Made by a program: the position numbers and the translations under genes | Shown here: positions 16,477 to 25,190 of the stretch, piece after piece | How the letters are laid out: each line of letters begins with the position of its first letter | Numbering within the stretch: the stretch's first letter is position 1 | DNA from: Pseudomonadota bacterium | Lineage (GTDB): Bacteria > Pseudomonadota > Alphaproteobacteria > Sphingomonadales > SMXR01 | NCBI GenBank assembly: GCA_022566895.1 | Contig: JADFIA010000004.1 | Location: 1,647 to 65,646 of the forward strand | Length of the DNA: 64,000 nucleotides | Reading direction: 5' to 3' | The notes under the pieces: model-generated | What the model was told of the DNA's origin: nothing | Database searches by the model: none | What the model saw: only the letters and a program-made list of their open reading frames with translations

Positions 16477-18630
16477 ATGACAGCGAGTGTAAGCAAGTCC
16501 GGGCCAGCCGGGCATTTATTCAATTATCATTTGTGGCCATTCGCGGCCGCCCTGACCGCCCTCGCCGTGACTGCGGCAGAGGCGCAAGAAACACCACAAT
16601 ATCAAGCAACGCCACAAACGGCCGAGACCAGCCAGACGACGGTGGTTTACGGCCAGGACTTTTTCGCCAGATATCCGAACGCTGTCTCGGTGCTCGATCT
16701 GATAAGACGCATTCCGGGTACCCAGCCGATCCTCAACTCGGGCAATAACGACAATCGGGGCTTTTCAAGTAACGACGATCGCATCCTGATCAACGGCAAG
16801 CGCATGTCCGGCAAGTCGAACGACAGTGAAAGCGCTCTCGGACGCATCACATTGGATAAGGTTCTGCGGGTCGAGATCATTCGCGGCTCATCGCCGGACG
16901 TTAAAGTCTCAGGCCAGGAAGCCATCCTCAACATCGTTTTGAAAGAGGGCGCGGCCACGCAGGGCTCTGGATCCTGGCGGGCCGATGTGCGGGTCACCAA
17001 AGGGCCGGAAGTGGGTTTCGGCGGATTTTTGTCTTACGGCAGCACGATCGGCAAACTCGATTATTTTGTCTCCATAGAGACGATCCCGCGCCAGCGGCGC
17101 TTCGATCGGTTCGAACTGCTGTTTGATCCAGACGACGTCTTTCTCGGCCGGCTTGACGAAATCACCAGCCGCGAGCACAGAGAGAACAAACTTACGGCCA
17201 ACCTGACCTACGCTTTCAATGGTGATACGACCTTGCGTCTCAATGGTCAGTATATCGATCTCACGCAAACGATTGACACCAACGGTGAGCGGTTCGATCC
17301 CGATCCAATGGGCGGGCTTTTGTTTTTGGGCCAGACCCGCCGCAATGAGACCTTCGACAAGCCGGAGTTTGAGATCGGCGGCGATTTCGAGACCAGCTTT
17401 GGCAATGAACTTACGTTCAAGCTCTTGGCGCTTTACAGCCGCGAGGACAAGACCGAGAGCCAAGCGGAAGACTTTCTGATTACCGGCAGCGCCGCGGTGA
17501 ACGATTTCGAGGTCGCCCTCGGGGCACTATCGACCGAGATGATCGGCCGTACCTCGCTGACCTGGACCGTTTCGCCCAAGCACAGTATCGAGTTTGGCAG
17601 TGAAATGGCGATCAACCAGTTGACCTCTCTTCTCGAATTTTCAGAACTGCAGGGCGACATCCTGGTGCCGATCGACATTCCGGGCGCCGATACCAGGATT
17701 AAGGAAACCCGCAACGAAAGTTTTATTATCCACACCTGGAAGATCAACGATAAGGCGTCGCTCGAGTCGTCGCTGTTTACCGAATATTCGAAAATCCAGC
17801 TAACCGGAGACTTTGCAAGTAGCCGCACTTTCTTCTTCGTCAAGCCGAGCTTCGATTTCAGGTATAACTTTACACCGAGAAACCAGCTCCAGATCTCGCT
17901 GCGCCGTGTCGTCGACCAGCTTGATTTCGGCGATTTTGCGTCCTCGACCAGCAGTGACGATGAAGTCACGGCCGGCAATGCCGATCTCAGACCGCAGTGG
18001 CGCTGGGACTTGGAGGCGAGCTTTGAGCATCGTCTTAGGAACGACGGCGGACGGATCAAGGTCACGGCATTGCACCAAGAGCACCGGGATCGGATCGAGC
18101 GGCTGGAAGTGAGCCCGGGCGTTCCGGGCAATGGCAACATCGGCAACGGCACACGCCAGGAGATCAAGCTGGAAACGAGTTTCAGAATGATCGGCCTCGG
18201 TTTGCCCGATCTGGTCATCGAAACCGAGGCTGGGTATAACCGGACCCGGATCCGCGATGCCTTCACCGGCTTGCAGCGACGTTTCAATACCTGGAACGCC
18301 TATTGGGCCATGCTTCGCCTGCGCCACGACCTGACCAAGTTGGGTCTGAGCTATGGCCTCGAGGCGGCCCGCTACGGCCATTGGAATTTCCACGACATCG
18401 ACGAACTGGTTGAGCACCCGGCCATGAACCGGTTCGAGATTTTCATCGAAAAGCAACTCTTTTCGGGTATCGTGCTGCGCTTTGATGGGTTCGAACTGAC
18501 CAACCCCGACCAAGGCCGAGTGCGGACGCGTTTTGATGCCGGCATAGCGACCGGTATCGTCACCAACCGCGAATTCCGCGATCACCGCGAAGGGCGTCGC
18601 TACCAGATCAGCCTCCGCGGCACCTTCTAG
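16477..18630 (+). CDS. TonB-dependent outer-membrane receptor
   Basis: Signal peptide, plug-domain motifs (LDLIRRIPG, ILINGKRMSG, VEIIRGSSP), a long beta-barrel and terminal ...ISLRGTF. Confidence 0.85.
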   Translation: MTASVSKSGPAGHLFNYHLWPFAAALTALAVTAAEAQETPQYQATPQTAETSQTTVVYGQDFFARYPNAVSVLDLIRRIPGTQPILNSGNNDNRGFSSNDDRILINGKRMSGKSNDSESALGRITLDKVLRVEIIRGSSPDVKVSGQEAILNIVLKEGAATQGSGSWRADVRVTKGPEVGFGGFLSYGSTIGKLDYFVSIETIPRQRRFDRFELLFDPDDVFLGRLDEITSREHRENKLTANLTYAFNGDTTLRLNGQYIDLTQTIDTNGERFDPDPMGGLLFLGQTRRNETFDKPEFEIGGDFETSFGNELTFKLLALYSREDKTESQAEDFLITGSAAVNDFEVALGALSTEMIGRTSLTWTVSPKHSIEFGSEMAINQLTSLLEFSELQGDILVPIDIPGADTRIKETRNESFIIHTWKINDKASLESSLFTEYSKIQLTGDFASSRTFFFVKPSFDFRYNFTPRNQLQISLRRVVDQLDFGDFASSTSSDDEVTAGNADLRPQWRWDLEASFEHRLRNDGGRIKVTALHQEHRDRIERLEVSPGVPGNGNIGNGTRQEIKLETSFRMIGLGLPDLVIETEAGYNRTRIRDAFTGLQRRFNTWNAYWAMLRLRHDLTKLGLSYGLEAARYGHWNFHDIDELVEHPAMNRFEIFIEKQLFSGIVLRFDGFELTNPDQGRVRTRFDAGIATGIVTNREFRDHREGRRYQISLRGTF

Positions 18631-18956
18631 GGCCAGGGGCATTCTGTATTTGGGCCCTCTTTCAGCCTGTCGGCCCCCGGTGGCGACCGAGGCATATCCC
18701 TTAGGGCCCAAAGCGCCGGTCAGGGCCTTATGTTACTCAATGGTAACCTTCAATTTTGCCGCATTGCGAGCGTCAGCGGGAATTGGTGGCATCCGCCAGG
18801 AATTGCCGGCGTTGAGTCGATGATGGCGAATCGCATTCCGCCGCCCGACGCTATGAGACTTGATACCTGGTCGGCTGGCCTGAGCCAATAAATCCACCGT
18901 TTTCCGGCCATTTTTAGGTATAGATTAACTTGGGCCTAAAATAATGGTATGATCGG

Positions 18957-19027
18957 CCCAGCCTAATGAGCTCCCTTCTTGTCTATATTGGCTGGAGCCG
19001 CCCTCCCCGTGGGCGGCTCCGTTTCGT
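18957..19027 (+). ncRNA. candidate small RNA (promoter + two hairpins, C/U-rich loops)
   Basis: TTAACT-17 nt-TATGAT at 18925-18953. A possible stem CCAGCC/GGCTGG encloses CUCCCUUCUU. A 10-bp GC stem at 18994-19020 has loop UCCCCGU followed by GUUUCGU. Confidence 0.3.
18994..19020. terminator. strong GC hairpin (terminator of the TetR operon and/or of the candidate sRNA)
   Basis: GGAGCCGCCC-tccccgt-GGGCGGCTCC, located 37 nt beyond the stop of the minus-strand small membrane protein gene. Confidence 0.5.
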
Positions 19028-19056
19028 ATGGTGCTTGTGATGCCCGCCGCCGATAC

Positions 19057-19272
19057 TCAAAAACCGCGCCGTCCAATGAAGGGCTGGCCGCTCAGGAGCG
19101 TAATCAGATGGGCCGCCATCAGGATGAAGATTATGATGCCTATGAACTGCCAGATGGCGTAAGGAACGAGCGGCACCTGACCCGGCGTATGCTCCTTGCG
19201 CTCGCGCCAGTTGGCCCAGGCGGTAAGGGCGACGCTAAGCACCATCAGGCTCACTGTCACGCTCAGGCTCAT
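19057..19272 (-). CDS. small two-TM membrane protein
   Basis: MSLSVTVSLMVLSVALTAWANW...WQFIGIIIFILMAAHLITLL. Its ATG overlaps the TetR stop (ATGA). Confidence 0.55.
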   Translation of the reverse strand: MSLSVTVSLMVLSVALTAWANWRERKEHTPGQVPLVPYAIWQFIGIIIFILMAAHLITLLSGQPFIGRRGF

Positions 19273-19901
19273 GACGTCTCTCCACGGCCGATCGCCGGCA
19301 CCCCCTGCCCTTCCGGCCAAGCCTGGCTTACGATCCAGGCCACTGCCGCCTCGAAACGGACCATGTCCTTGGGGCTGACGGTGGGCAGCCCATCCCAGGT
19401 TGGGTGGCGGTCCCGGCAGATCACGAGCAAGACGATAGCGGCCCGCAAAACGGCGTGGATCGCCGCCTGGTCCGGTCCGCCGATCGTTTGGCCCGGCCCC
19501 GGCACCGCATCTCCCGCTTCCAGCTCTAGATCCAGATCCAGATCCAGATCCAGATCCAGGCCAGGGATATCGGCCCGCGCCAACTCACGCAGCAACAGGG
19601 CCCGAGCGGCGCCGTTCGATGCCAGGCGCCGGCCGTAATCGAGTAGCGCCGACAGGATTTCCTTGGGCCGCGCCACTTTCATCGATGCTTGCCGCTCCGG
19701 CCTCCTAAGATCCGCCGCCGCACGTTCGGCCAGCGCCGCGACCAGACCGTCAAGATCGCCAAAATACCGGTAGATGAGGGGCTTGCCGATCCCCGCTTCG
19801 GCGGCGATTCGGTTGACGCCCAGACTCTCATACCCTTCCGCAGCCAAAAGGCGGCTTGCGCTGTCGAGAATCCTAAGGCGGGTTTTTTCAGCGCTACGCA
19901 A
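19269..19901 (-). CDS. TetR/AcrR family transcriptional regulator
   Basis: N-terminal HTH ILDSASRLLAAEGYESLGVNRIAAEAGIGKPLIYRYFGD. TTG start with GGGAG upstream. Confidence 0.85.
   Translation of the reverse strand: MRSAEKTRLRILDSASRLLAAEGYESLGVNRIAAEAGIGKPLIYRYFGDLDGLVAALAERAAADLRRPERQASMKVARPKEILSALLDYGRRLASNGAARALLLRELARADIPGLDLDLDLDLDLELEAGDAVPGPGQTIGGPDQAAIHAVLRAAIVLLVICRDRHPTWDGLPTVSPKDMVRFEAAVAWIVSQAWPEGQGVPAIGRGETS
19528..19557. repeat. perfect hexanucleotide tandem repeat (AGATCC)x5 inside the TetR gene
   Basis: Read directly from the sequence. It encodes the (LD)n stretch GLDLDLDLDLDLELE on the minus strand, and each unit carries a GATC. Confidence 0.95.
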
Positions 19902-19916
19902 GGGCGACTCCCAGTT

Positions 19917-19932
19917 GTTACCGTATAGTAAC
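19917..19932. promoter_or_regulatory. candidate TetR operator palindrome
   Basis: GTTAC-cgtata-GTAAC, 16-31 nt upstream of the TetR TTG start. Confidence 0.4.
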
Positions 19933-20080
19933 TCCTAGATTTCGCCAAATCAAGCGCCATCCTCGGGCCGCGAAGGGACAGGGCCGGCTGGCGCCGTCGC
20001 GGCGCGGTTCTTGCGGGGTTGAGCATTTCAAGCTAATGAAACGGGGATTAACGCGGCTGATAGCGAAAAAAGGCCGATCG

Positions 20081-20155
20081 GGGCGCGTAGCTCAGTGGTA
20101 GAGCACTGTGTTCACATCGCAGGGGTCGCTGGTTCAATCCCAGCCGCGCCCACCA
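20081..20155 (+). tRNA. tRNA-Val (anticodon CAC)
   Basis: Cloverleaf folded by hand: acceptor GGGCGCG/CGCGCCC, D-arm GCTC/GAGC, anticodon stem CTGTG/CGCAG with loop TTCACAT, T-arm GCTGG-TTCAATC-CCAGC, encoded CCA. Length is 75 nt. Confidence 0.9.
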
Positions 20156-20165
20156 TTTTCCCGCT

Positions 20166-21863
20166 CTATTCGTCCTTTGAGGGGCGGCGCCTGAAGATGA
20201 TGCGGCCGTCGACCACCGTCAGCACGGTCTCGGCGCTAAGGATCTCGGTTGGATCTACGCTCATGAAGTCCAGCGAAAAGGCCGAAAAATCGGCCAGCTT
20301 TCCAACCTCGATCGTGCCAAGATCGTTCTCCGCAAAGGAGGCAAAGGCCGGCCACTGGGTAAACATTTTAAGCGCCTCGGCGCGGCTGACCGCCTGTTCC
20401 GGGTGCCAACCGGGGCCCGAAAAACCTTTAAGATCCTGCCGCGTGATGGCCGCATAAAATTCGATCCGTGGGTCTCCGCGCTCCACCGGCGCGTCCGAGC
20501 CGCCGGCAATGATCACCCCGCTGTCGATCAGGGCCCGCCAGGCGTAGGCGCCGGAAAGCCGTTCCGGTCCCAGCCGGTCCGGCGCGAAATGCAGATCGCC
20601 GATGGCATGGCTCGGCTGCATCGACGGGATGACGCCAAGGGCCTTGAAACGCCCCAGGTCGTCCGGGTGGAGGTGCTGGGTGTGCTCGTCACGCCAGCGC
20701 GGTTCGGCGACCGCCCGCTCCGCAGCCGGCACGGCCGAAAAGGCGGTCTCATACCAATCCAGGAGCAGCCGGTTGCCGCGGTCCCCGATGGCATGCACAT
20801 TGACCTGGATGCCGTGCCGCAACGCCTCGATCATCAGGGGCACGGTCTCTTCCTCCTTGGCCCGTAAGAGGCCCAAGGTTTCGGCGTCCGCGTAGGGCTC
20901 GAGAAGCGCCGCGCCACGCGAGCCGAGGGCGCCGTCCATATAGAGCTTGATCGCCCGGGTGACGATCCTGCCTGCCGCCGAGCGCCGCGCACCGCCATCG
21001 AGCAAAGCCTTGACGCTCTCGAGATTGTTGCCGTCGACCGAATTGTACACCCGGATTCCCAATCCGCCGTCGTCCGAAAGGGCTTCGATGATCGGCACAT
21101 CGTTCGGGTCGACCGACATGTTGTGAATGTTGGTCCAGCCGTAAGCGGCATAGACCTCGCCGGCGACGATGTAGGCGCGGCGCTTTTCGGCTTCGTCGGG
21201 CTGGCTGATCAACCGGCTCACCAAGCCCATTGCGCCGTCGATCAGCATGCCGGTCGGCACGCCGTCCACATTCTTCAAAATTTCGCCGCCGAAGGGCGTC
21301 TCGGTCTCTCTGTCAACACCGGCTGCGGTAAGCGCCGCACTATTGGCCACCAGCGCATGGCCGTCGGCGCGCCGCAAAATAACCGGGTTTTTGGGAGAGG
21401 CTGCATCGAGATCGTAACGGTTGGGGAATCGGCTCTGAGGCCAGTGGGTCTCGATCCAGCCGCGGCCGTAAATAATCTCGCTCGGCTCGGCGGCCTCGAC
21501 CGCCGCCTTTACGACTGCTGCCAGTTCAGCGATCGAGGCAATGCCCTCAAGATTGAGCGTCAACTCGCGAAGGCCGAGGCCCAAGAGATGGGCGTGGGCG
21601 TCGGTAAAACCGGGATATAAAAAGGCACCTTCGAGATCGATCAGATCGGTCCCCGGCCCGATTCGCTTGCCGGCCTCGGTTGCAGTCCCGACAAAGACGA
21701 TCCGGTTGCCGGTCACCGCCACCGCCTCGACCCTTGGCGCCGCATCGAGGCCGGTATAAATCGTGCCGCCCAGGATGACCAAATCGGCCGCCTCGCTTTG
21801 CGGTTCCTCGCCGCAGGACATTAATGCCGCCGCCAGACCTGCGATCATAAGCTTATGCAGCAT
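20166..21863 (-). CDS. amidohydrolase family lipoprotein (YtcJ-like metal-dependent hydrolase)
   Basis: Lipobox MLHKLMIAGLAAALMSC. PGFTDAHAHLLG metal motif, HAIGD, and a C-terminal GSDAPVE. Confidence 0.8.
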   Translation of the reverse strand: MLHKLMIAGLAAALMSCGEEPQSEAADLVILGGTIYTGLDAAPRVEAVAVTGNRIVFVGTATEAGKRIGPGTDLIDLEGAFLYPGFTDAHAHLLGLGLRELTLNLEGIASIAELAAVVKAAVEAAEPSEIIYGRGWIETHWPQSRFPNRYDLDAASPKNPVILRRADGHALVANSAALTAAGVDRETETPFGGEILKNVDGVPTGMLIDGAMGLVSRLISQPDEAEKRRAYIVAGEVYAAYGWTNIHNMSVDPNDVPIIEALSDDGGLGIRVYNSVDGNNLESVKALLDGGARRSAAGRIVTRAIKLYMDGALGSRGAALLEPYADAETLGLLRAKEEETVPLMIEALRHGIQVNVHAIGDRGNRLLLDWYETAFSAVPAAERAVAEPRWRDEHTQHLHPDDLGRFKALGVIPSMQPSHAIGDLHFAPDRLGPERLSGAYAWRALIDSGVIIAGGSDAPVERGDPRIEFYAAITRQDLKGFSGPGWHPEQAVSRAEALKMFTQWPAFASFAENDLGTIEVGKLADFSAFSLDFMSVDPTEILSAETVLTVVDGRIIFRRRPSKDE

Positions 21864-21956
21864 GCGCGCGCCCCCTTGAATTGACTGCCGACGATTGGGC
21901 AAATCGTCCCCGGGATGAAAAGCCGGCATCTCGAAGCCGGTGTCAAGACCTGACAA

Positions 21957-22295
21957 TCAGTCGCCGGGGTCACCCTTGTCGTCCCCGCCAGCGTCGTCGT
22001 TTCCCCAGGAGGTGGGGCCGCGCCGCCGGCGCAGCAAAGATTTGACGGTCACCAACAGAAGTCCAAGTGCCACGCCACCCACAAGAAACAGGAGCACAAT
22101 CCCCAGAACACCCCAAAGCTCTTCGAAAAAGCTTTCACGGTCGTGCATACCCAGACCGACAGTGATTTGATAGGCGGCGGCAACCACCAGCACCAGAAGC
22201 ACTATCAGCATCACCCAGGCCGGCCGGCGCCCAAATTTGATTCGGCTGCCTCTGCCTGCCTGACCGGATTTTGGGTCTCGCTCGTCGTCGCTCAT
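21957..22295 (-). CDS. small two-TM protein with charged termini, translationally coupled to pspF
   Basis: Its ATG overlaps the pspF stop (ATGA at 22292-22295). Two hydrophobic helices and an acidic C-terminal tail, NDDAGGDDKGDPGD. Confidence 0.5.
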   Translation of the reverse strand: MSDDERDPKSGQAGRGSRIKFGRRPAWVMLIVLLVLVVAAAYQITVGLGMHDRESFFEELWGVLGIVLLFLVGGVALGLLLVTVKSLLRRRRGPTSWGNDDAGGDDKGDPGD

Positions 22296-23338
22296 TTGTC
22301 CAGCAGTCCGTGTTTCTTTATGGCGTGACGCAGTTGATCATAACTCAGCGAGAGATGCGCCGCCGTGGCTCTTTGATTATAGCGGTTGGCGGCCAGAGCT
22401 TCAGCCAAAAGATGCCGCTCGGTGCTGCTCATAACCTCCTTCATGTCGAACGGTCGCCGGGCGTCCGGCAGGGCAGTGCCGGGGGAGGGGGAGGGGGCGG
22501 CAGCCGGGGCCGGCGCTGCGGCAGCAACCACAGCGGCCGGCGATGGAGTGGCGGCAGGCCGCCAGGGGCTGTCGAAGGGGTCAAAGATCACATCGTCAAC
22601 CGGACTGGCTTCATCCGACCAGCGATAGACCGCGCGCTCGACGACGTTTTTAAGCTCGCGCACGTTGCCCGGCCAATCGTAGTCCATAAACTGCATTTCG
22701 ACCCGCCGGCTGAAGCCCGGAAATTCCGGCCAGCCGATCTCCGATGCAATCGCCCGCGCAAAATGGCCGACCAGGGCCGGGATATCCTCGCGCCGGACCC
22801 GCAAGGGCGGTACGGTCAAAACATCGAAGGCCAAGCGATCCAAGAGATCGAGACGAAAGCGGGCGGCGCCCGCCTCGCGCGGCAGATCGACATTGGTCGC
22901 CCCGATCACCCTTACGTCCACTTGCACCGTATGGTCGCCGCCGAGCCGCTCGAACTCGCCATATTCGATGATTCTTAAAAGCTTTTCTTGGGCCGAGAGC
23001 GACATATTGGCAATCTCGTCGAGGAACAGCGTACCGCCGTCGGCGAGCTCGAAGCGACCGGCCCGGCGCCCCACGGCCCCGGTAAAGGCGCCGGCCTCGT
23101 GGCCGAAGAGCTCGCTTTCCAGAAGCGATTCCGGCAAGGCCGCGCAATTCAATTGCACAAAGCCGCGGTCCCAGCGGCCCGAAAGAAAATGCATCCGCGC
23201 CGCGATCAGCTCCTTGCCGGTGCCCCGCTCACCGATAATCAGAACCGGCCGGTTGAGGGGCGCGACCCGCGAAACCTGATCCAAAAGATCGAGGAAAACG
23301 CGCGCCTGGCCGATGATCGGAAATTGCTCAGCACCCAA
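22292..23338 (-). CDS. pspF: sigma-54-dependent transcriptional activator PspF (no receiver domain)
   Basis: AAA+ core GERGTGKELIAARMH and the GAFTGA loop (ESELFGHEAGAFTGA). C-terminal HTH. Divergent from pspABC. Confidence 0.9.
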   Translation of the reverse strand: MGAEQFPIIGQARVFLDLLDQVSRVAPLNRPVLIIGERGTGKELIAARMHFLSGRWDRGFVQLNCAALPESLLESELFGHEAGAFTGAVGRRAGRFELADGGTLFLDEIANMSLSAQEKLLRIIEYGEFERLGGDHTVQVDVRVIGATNVDLPREAGAARFRLDLLDRLAFDVLTVPPLRVRREDIPALVGHFARAIASEIGWPEFPGFSRRVEMQFMDYDWPGNVRELKNVVERAVYRWSDEASPVDDVIFDPFDSPWRPAATPSPAAVVAAAAPAPAAAPSPSPGTALPDARRPFDMKEVMSSTERHLLAEALAANRYNQRATAAHLSLSYDQLRHAIKKHGLLDK

Positions 23339-23472
23339 GACTATATTTTCCTAATTCTTCGTGATTTTTTCTATTATTTGGTAATATACACCATTTCTGT
23401 GATCATGGCAAATCTGGGCCGACTGCACCAACAATCCTTTATTTTCAAGCGGTTATTGGAAAATTTCAAGTT

Positions 23473-23487
23473 TGGCACGGTCTTTGC
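23473..23487 (+). promoter_or_regulatory. sigma-54 (-24/-12) promoter
   Basis: TGGCAC-ggtct-TTGC matches TGGCAC-N5-TTGC exactly. It lies in the AT-rich pspF/pspA intergenic region. Confidence 0.8.
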
Positions 23488-23535
23488 GACTAGAAGAGGG
23501 ATTGAGGCAGACAAAAGCAATAAAGGAACCAATAG

Positions 23536-23712
23536 ATGAATATTCTGAACAAGATCGGCGGTGCCCTACAGATCACCCACGCGGCCGAAATGGAAAGCAC
23601 ATCGGCGATCGGCCTTTTTGCCGAATTTCCAGGCGGTACCTATGGGCGTACCGCCCCCGCCTTCGGAAGTTTCAGCCGCCGGCGGGATCGCGCCCGCAGG
23701 CGATCATCCTAG
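23536..23712 (+). CDS. 58-codon ORF between the sigma-54 promoter and pspA (hypothetical small protein)
   Basis: ATG is preceded by AAAGGA. It is below the 60-aa cut-off of the ORF track. Sequence is MNILNKIGGALQITHAAEMESTSAIGLFAEFPGGTYGRTAPAFGSFSRRRDRARRRSS. It is the first ORF downstream of the promoter. Confidence 0.35.
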   Translation: MNILNKIGGALQITHAAEMESTSAIGLFAEFPGGTYGRTAPAFGSFSRRRDRARRRSS

Positions 23713-23795
23713 ATCATCCTAAAGGCTAGGCCGGAGAACCAAAAGCGCGGCCTGAGTCACGACAAAAACCAAACGATAAGAAGGACACCAAGACA

Positions 23796-24482
23796 ATGGG
23801 TATTTTTACACGCATGGCAGATATCGTGAATTCCAACCTGAATGCCATACTTGACGTGGCCGAGGAGCCCGACAAGATCATCCGCCTGGTGATCCAGGAA
23901 ATGGAAGAAACGCTGGTCGAGGTCCGCTCGTCGGCAGCCCGCGCTATCGCCGATCAGAAAGACGCTGGGCGCAAGCTCAGGCGTCTGGCCGATCTCCAGG
24001 AAGACTGGGCCAAGAAGGCCGAGCTGGCGATTTCCAAGGGCCGCGAGGACCTGGCAAAGGCGGCCCTGGTCGAAAAGGCCAAGGCGGCCGAAATGACCGG
24101 TTTTCTTAAAGAAGATCTCGATCTTCTCAAAGAAGCCCTGGGCCGCCACGATGAGGACGTGGTCAAGCTCGAGGCCAAGCTGCGCGAGGCCCGGGCCAAG
24201 AAAATGACCCTCCAGGCCCGTCACACGACGGTCACCAACCAACTGCGGGTGCGCCGCAATCTTTATAGTCCGCGCATCGAGGAGGCCTTCGCGAGATTTG
24301 AAAAAGTCGAAGCGAGACTTGACCGGATCGAGGGCGAAGCCGAAGCTTTCGATCTCGGCAAGGGCCGAACTCTGGCCGACGAGATCAACGATCTGGCCAA
24401 GGAGGAAGAGATTGCCAGTGAGTTAAAGGCGATCAAGGCAAAAGTGCAGAGGCGGTCGGCCAAGAAAAGCGCCGGCAAATAG
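23796..24482 (+). CDS. pspA: phage shock protein A (PspA/IM30)
   Basis: MGIFTRMADIVNSNLNAILDVAEEPDKIIRLVIQEMEETL followed by a long coiled coil. Confidence 0.92.
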   Translation: MGIFTRMADIVNSNLNAILDVAEEPDKIIRLVIQEMEETLVEVRSSAARAIADQKDAGRKLRRLADLQEDWAKKAELAISKGREDLAKAALVEKAKAAEMTGFLKEDLDLLKEALGRHDEDVVKLEAKLREARAKKMTLQARHTTVTNQLRVRRNLYSPRIEEAFARFEKVEARLDRIEGEAEAFDLGKGRTLADEINDLAKEEEIASELKAIKAKVQRRSAKKSAGK

Positions 24483-24509
24483 AAACCCGCGTAAAAGACA
24501 GGTGCAACA

Positions 24510-24737
24510 ATGGAAGTGATCTCTATCATATTCATCGCGGCCGTCATCCCGCTCTGGCTCATCCTGCATTACGTGACCAAGTGGAAATCCTCCAAGGTGA
24601 TTACGGCCGACGATGAGACTTTGCTGATCGACCTGCGGGCGTCGGCAGAAAAGCTCGAGAATCGGCTGCAGGCTCTGGAGCGCATTTTGGACGACGAGAT
24701 TCCAGACTGGAGGGCAAGGTGCAATGACCCGCTTTAG
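24510..24737 (+). CDS. pspB: phage shock protein B
   Basis: 75 aa with a single N-terminal TM helix, ...HYVTKWKS..., and C-terminal LQALERILDDEIPDWR. Confidence 0.85.
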   Translation: MEVISIIFIAAVIPLWLILHYVTKWKSSKVITADDETLLIDLRASAEKLENRLQALERILDDEIPDWRARCNDPL

Positions 24738-25176
24738 ACACAGACGGCACAAGCGCCGCGGTTCGCGCCGCGCAAGACGGCGCCGCGACGGCGGCCGGTA
24801 CGATCCCAACCGCCTGTACCGGGATCCCCGCAACGGCCGCTGCATGGGCGTCTGCGCCGGCATCGCCGACTATTTCGACGTGCGGCCGGGCTTCGTGCGT
24901 CTGATGACCATCATCCTGGCGTTCATTACCGGGATTTGGCCGGTTCTGTGCGGTTATTTTATTCTTGGTTTCGTTTTGGACGCCAAGCCCGATGAGATGT
25001 ACGAAAAACCGGAAGAGGACGAGTTTTGGAGGCAGGCCCGCAACAAACCCGATTACATGAGGGTTGATTTGGGTAAACGCTTTCAGGATATCGAGCGGCG
25101 GACAAGAAACATGGAAGCCTACATAACCAGCAAAAAATTCCGCCTCGACCGGGAACTCCGGTCACTCGAGGACTAA
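24724..25176 (+). CDS. pspC: phage shock protein C with Arg-rich N-terminal extension
   Basis: PspC domain LYRDPRNGRCMGVCAGIADYFDVRPGFVRLMTIIL and a C-terminal leucine-zipper-like region. Confidence 0.85.
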   Translation: MTRFRHRRHKRRGSRRARRRRDGGRYDPNRLYRDPRNGRCMGVCAGIADYFDVRPGFVRLMTIILAFITGIWPVLCGYFILGFVLDAKPDEMYEKPEEDEFWRQARNKPDYMRVDLGKRFQDIERRTRNMEAYITSKKFRLDRELRSLED

Positions 25177-25190
25177 GCTTCGGCGGCGAG

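Noticed and set aside
18730-18891. 53-codon plus-strand ORF in the gap after the TonB-dependent receptor
   Set aside because: No Shine-Dalgarno is visible, the composition is odd, and nothing is recognisable. It was treated as noise.
20095-20457. 120-aa plus-strand ORF
   Set aside because: It starts inside tRNA-Val and runs antisense to the amidohydrolase gene, so it is not credible.
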